This document shows, piece after piece, positions 61,182 to 64,000 of a DNA stretch of 64,000 bases. Positions within the stretch are counted from its first letter, which is position 1. Every line of letters begins with the position of its first letter. The notes beneath the pieces are model-generated. The model ran no database searches. It was not told where the DNA came from and saw nothing but the letters and a program-made list of their open reading frames with translations. Made by a program: the position numbers and the translations under genes. Source of the DNA: Thermoanaerobaculia bacterium (GTDB taxonomy: Bacteria > Acidobacteriota > Thermoanaerobaculia > UBA5066); NCBI GenBank assembly GCA_963816185.1, contig CAWFJJ010000005.1, forward strand, positions 32,001 through 96,000, written 5' to 3'.

Positions 61182-62236
61182 CTGTTCACCAGCACGCGCC
61201 AGAGGTGGAGGAGGATCTGCAGGCAGAGTCCTCCGATGATGAAGGGAATGAAGATCTTGTAGAAGATGCCGACGGCCCACACGAGAGGAGCCCTCTTCAG
61301 GCTCGGCTCGTAGTGAGAAAGCCACGCGGAGGGGAAGTTCTTCGTGGCGCCCGCATGGCACTTCGCGCAGGTTTTCTGAAGGTTCGCCTTGAGCACCTGG
61401 GAGTTGCCTCCCTTTGTCTTCGTGATGTCATGCGTGCCGTGGCAGTCGATGCAGAGCGCCGTGACGACCTTCGGCTTCTCGCCGGAGGTGGCCAGCTTCG
61501 CGCTCATGCCGTGAAAGTCGGAAAGATACGACGCGAGAACATTCGTCGAGAGGCCGTACTTGGCCATCATCGGCTTGTTCGTGTGGCATTTCGCGCAGAG
61601 GTCGATCGTCGTGAGGCGCCAGTCCTTCGTGCGCGGGTCGGCGATGTCGTGCGCATGGTGGCAGTCGGTGCAGACGGGCACGTCCGGGTTGCCCGAGGCC
61701 ATCGCCATGCCGTGGACGCTCTTCGCGTACGTCTCGGCCGTGTCGCCATGACAGGCCCCGCAGGTTTCGGAGACCCTCGTACGCGGCACGGTGGGGTTCA
61801 TGACGTCGTGCGCGCCGTGGCAGTCGACGCAGAAGGGAGCGCTGCCGCCTTTCATGAGGATTTGGTAATGCACGCCGTCGAGCGCTTTCGTGTAGTTCTC
61901 GAAGTGGCAGGTCTTGCAGAGATCCTTGAAGGACGCGCTGAAGGCCGCCTTGTCCTTCGCCGTGAGCGGGGGGTGCGGTACTTCGGTCTGCGCCGGATGA
62001 CAGCCCGTGCAACCCTGCCGCGCGCCGTGGACGGACTTCTCGAAGACGTCTCGCGGCACGTAAAGAGACTGCTTTTCGCCGCTCGGAAGAGTGACCGACG
62101 CGTCCTTCTCGCCGTGGCAGCTCAGGCAGGTTTCGACTTCTTCGGTGCGCGTCGTCGAGGCCTCGGCCTTCAGGGTCACGAACCCGGCCAGCGGGATCGA
62201 GAGAAAACAAAAAAAGCCCGCCCAGATCGACTTCAA
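61178..62236 (-). CDS. Nine-heme cytochrome c with C-terminal TM
   Basis: Nine CxxCH motifs; TTG start with SD GGAGG. Confidence 0.9.
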   Translation of the reverse strand: MKSIWAGFFCFLSIPLAGFVTLKAEASTTRTEEVETCLSCHGEKDASVTLPSGEKQSLYVPRDVFEKSVHGARQGCTGCHPAQTEVPHPPLTAKDKAAFSASFKDLCKTCHFENYTKALDGVHYQILMKGGSAPFCVDCHGAHDVMNPTVPRTRVSETCGACHGDTAETYAKSVHGMAMASGNPDVPVCTDCHHAHDIADPRTKDWRLTTIDLCAKCHTNKPMMAKYGLSTNVLASYLSDFHGMSAKLATSGEKPKVVTALCIDCHGTHDITKTKGGNSQVLKANLQKTCAKCHAGATKNFPSAWLSHYEPSLKRAPLVWAVGIFYKIFIPFIIGGLCLQILLHLWRVLVNR

Positions 62237-62313
62237 GGACGCGCCTCCAGCGTCAAACTGAGGGCAAGGCGGGTTCCTCACAATAATCAAGGCGCATTAG
62301 CCATAATCCGCGC

Positions 62314-64000
62314 GTGACGCGGCGGAGGGATCCGCTTCTTCAGACGCTCGCCGCCGCGCCCGCGGTGCAGCGTCTGGCCGGGCGGATCGAGGCGGGGGTT
62401 CTCGGGACGTCGCCGGGGAGCGTGTCTCTTTCGGGGGCGCCCCCCGGCCTTCTGCCCTACCTCCTCGAGGCCATCGGCGCCCCGCTTGGGCTGAGATGGC
62501 TCGTCGTGTTCGCGCACGAGCGCGATGCCACGGCCTTCTCGCGCGACTCGGCGAGCGTTCTCGGCGCGGAGCGCGTGGCGTTCTTTCCGGCGCCCGCGCT
62601 CTCGCCCTACCAGCAGATCGCGCCGTCTCTGAAGGTGCGGCGCGAGGAGTTCGGGACTCTGACACGCCTCGCGGAAGGCTCGGTGGATCTCCTTGTCGTC
62701 CCGGCGCGAGCCCTTCTTCGGCGCCTGCCGCAGGCGGATGAATTCAAGAAACGCACGCGCGTGCTCGGGGTGGGCGACGAGGCGCCGCCCGCGCGCATCG
62801 CCGAGTCGCTCCTCGACGAAGGCTACCAACGCGCCGATCTCGTGACCGAGACCGGCGATCTCGCCGTCCGCGGGGGGCTTCTCGACGTCTTCCCGCCGCA
62901 CCTTCCGGAGCCTGTGCGGATCGAGTTCGACCTGAACGCGATCGCCTCGATCCGGTCTTTCGACCCCGACACGCAGCGGTCGACGGGCACGCTTTCGACC
63001 GTGTCGCTCCCGCCGATGGCGCTCGCGCCCGACACGCGGGCCACACGCGAGACGGCGCAGCGCGTTCTCGCCGCCTGCCGAACCGCCGCCGACGACCCGC
63101 CGGTGCCGCGCGACCTTTCTCTCGCGCGCCACAACGACGGCCTCGAGGAGCTGCTGCCGCTTCTGGCCTCGGACGAAGCTCATGTCCTCGACCATGCCGG
63201 GAGCTTCGTCGTCGCCGTGGACGACCCCGACGCGGTCGCCTTAGAGCTCGTCCGCGCCGCGGACGTCCTCAATCTCGACTACGAGAATGCCCGCCGGAAA
63301 GGGCGCGTCGTGCCCGATCCGACTCGTCTCGCGGGAGACGCGGACCGGCTGATCCAGGAGCTCGAAGAGCGCGCCCTGGTCGCGCTCCAACCGGCCGTGC
63401 CGACGGGCGAGACGATCCCGATCGGAGCGGAGTCCGTTTCGTCGTTCGAGGACCGGCTTCCGGACGCGACGAAGGAGATCGCGCGCGCGCGGAGGGACAG
63501 CCTCGCCGTCGTGCTCGCCGCCGCGACGAAGGGCGAACGCGAGCACGTGGAGCGGCTCCTCGAAGAATACGAGATCGACCATCAGGGAAGGGCCGAGGAC
63601 GTGGTCTCGCCACTCGCGCCGGGGGCGTGCCGCGTCCTTTCAGGCGGCCCGCGCTCGGGATTCCTGTTCCGCTCGGCGGGCGTTTTGCTCCTCACGGCGG
63701 GAGACCTCTTCGGCGAGCCGCGCACCCAGGCGCCGAGAAGAAAATCCGCGTCGGAGGCGTTCCTTTCGGACCTGCGCGACCTGAAGGTGGGCGACATCGT
63801 CGTGCACCGCGACTACGGGCTGGGGCGGTTCGCCGGTCTCGCGCACGTCGAAGATGCTGGCCTCACGCGTGAGATGGTGGACGTTCGGTACGCGGGAGAC
63901 GCGAAGCTGCTCGTCCCGGTCGAGCGCCTGGACCTCATCCAGAAATACGCCGCCGCCGGCGAAGGACCGCTCCCCGCGCTCGACAGGCTCGGCGGCCTCG
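62314..64000 (+). CDS. mfd: Transcription-repair coupling factor (3' end outside window)
   Basis: GDLAVRGGLLDVFP..PVRIEF..IRSFDPDTQRS; DLKVGDIVVHRDYGLGRF..LLVPVERLDLIQKY. Confidence 0.93.
   Translation, partial: MTRRRDPLLQTLAAAPAVQRLAGRIEAGVLGTSPGSVSLSGAPPGLLPYLLEAIGAPLGLRWLVVFAHERDATAFSRDSASVLGAERVAFFPAPALSPYQQIAPSLKVRREEFGTLTRLAEGSVDLLVVPARALLRRLPQADEFKKRTRVLGVGDEAPPARIAESLLDEGYQRADLVTETGDLAVRGGLLDVFPPHLPEPVRIEFDLNAIASIRSFDPDTQRSTGTLSTVSLPPMALAPDTRATRETAQRVLAACRTAADDPPVPRDLSLARHNDGLEELLPLLASDEAHVLDHAGSFVVAVDDPDAVALELVRAADVLNLDYENARRKGRVVPDPTRLAGDADRLIQELEERALVALQPAVPTGETIPIGAESVSSFEDRLPDATKEIARARRDSLAVVLAAATKGEREHVERLLEEYEIDHQGRAEDVVSPLAPGACRVLSGGPRSGFLFRSAGVLLLTAGDLFGEPRTQAPRRKSASEAFLSDLRDLKVGDIVVHRDYGLGRFAGLAHVEDAGLTREMVDVRYAGDAKLLVPVERLDLIQKYAAAGEGPLPALDRLGGL

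Overview
A very GC-rich, gene-dense chromosomal window with about 52 CDS. The gene content (Hanks kinases with TPR domains, secreted proteins carrying PCR..DTR..DVSGYF and G..G..[FWY]R[ST]DL..N domains) suggests Acidobacteriota, probably Thermoanaerobaculia; this is inference. I found no rRNA, tRNA, CRISPR array or transposase. Main blocks: (1) a signalling region at 1.7-12 kb, including an ECF sigma / zinc-finger-TPR / unannotated 37-aa peptide / minimal histidine kinase cassette; (2) a roughly 15 kb orphan biosynthetic locus at 25-40 kb with two B12 radical SAM enzymes, three methyltransferases, an amidohydrolase, an HPr-kinase-like P-loop protein, a nucleotidyltransferase, GT4, GT9, an SGNH protein, and a Gly-aromatic pentapeptide-repeat + GT-A module present once fused and once split; (3) a missed UxxC thioredoxin-TPR selenoprotein with a SECIS-like hairpin; (4) IorAB coupled to a double Vgb propeller; (5) a nine-heme cytochrome c / cytochrome b / two-component operon; (6) the 5' part of mfd. 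About 7 apparent frameshifts look like assembly indels. Several genes appear leaderless, and an AT-rich GAT(T)TCTT[CAG]GAA[AG]GG motif recurs inside genes.
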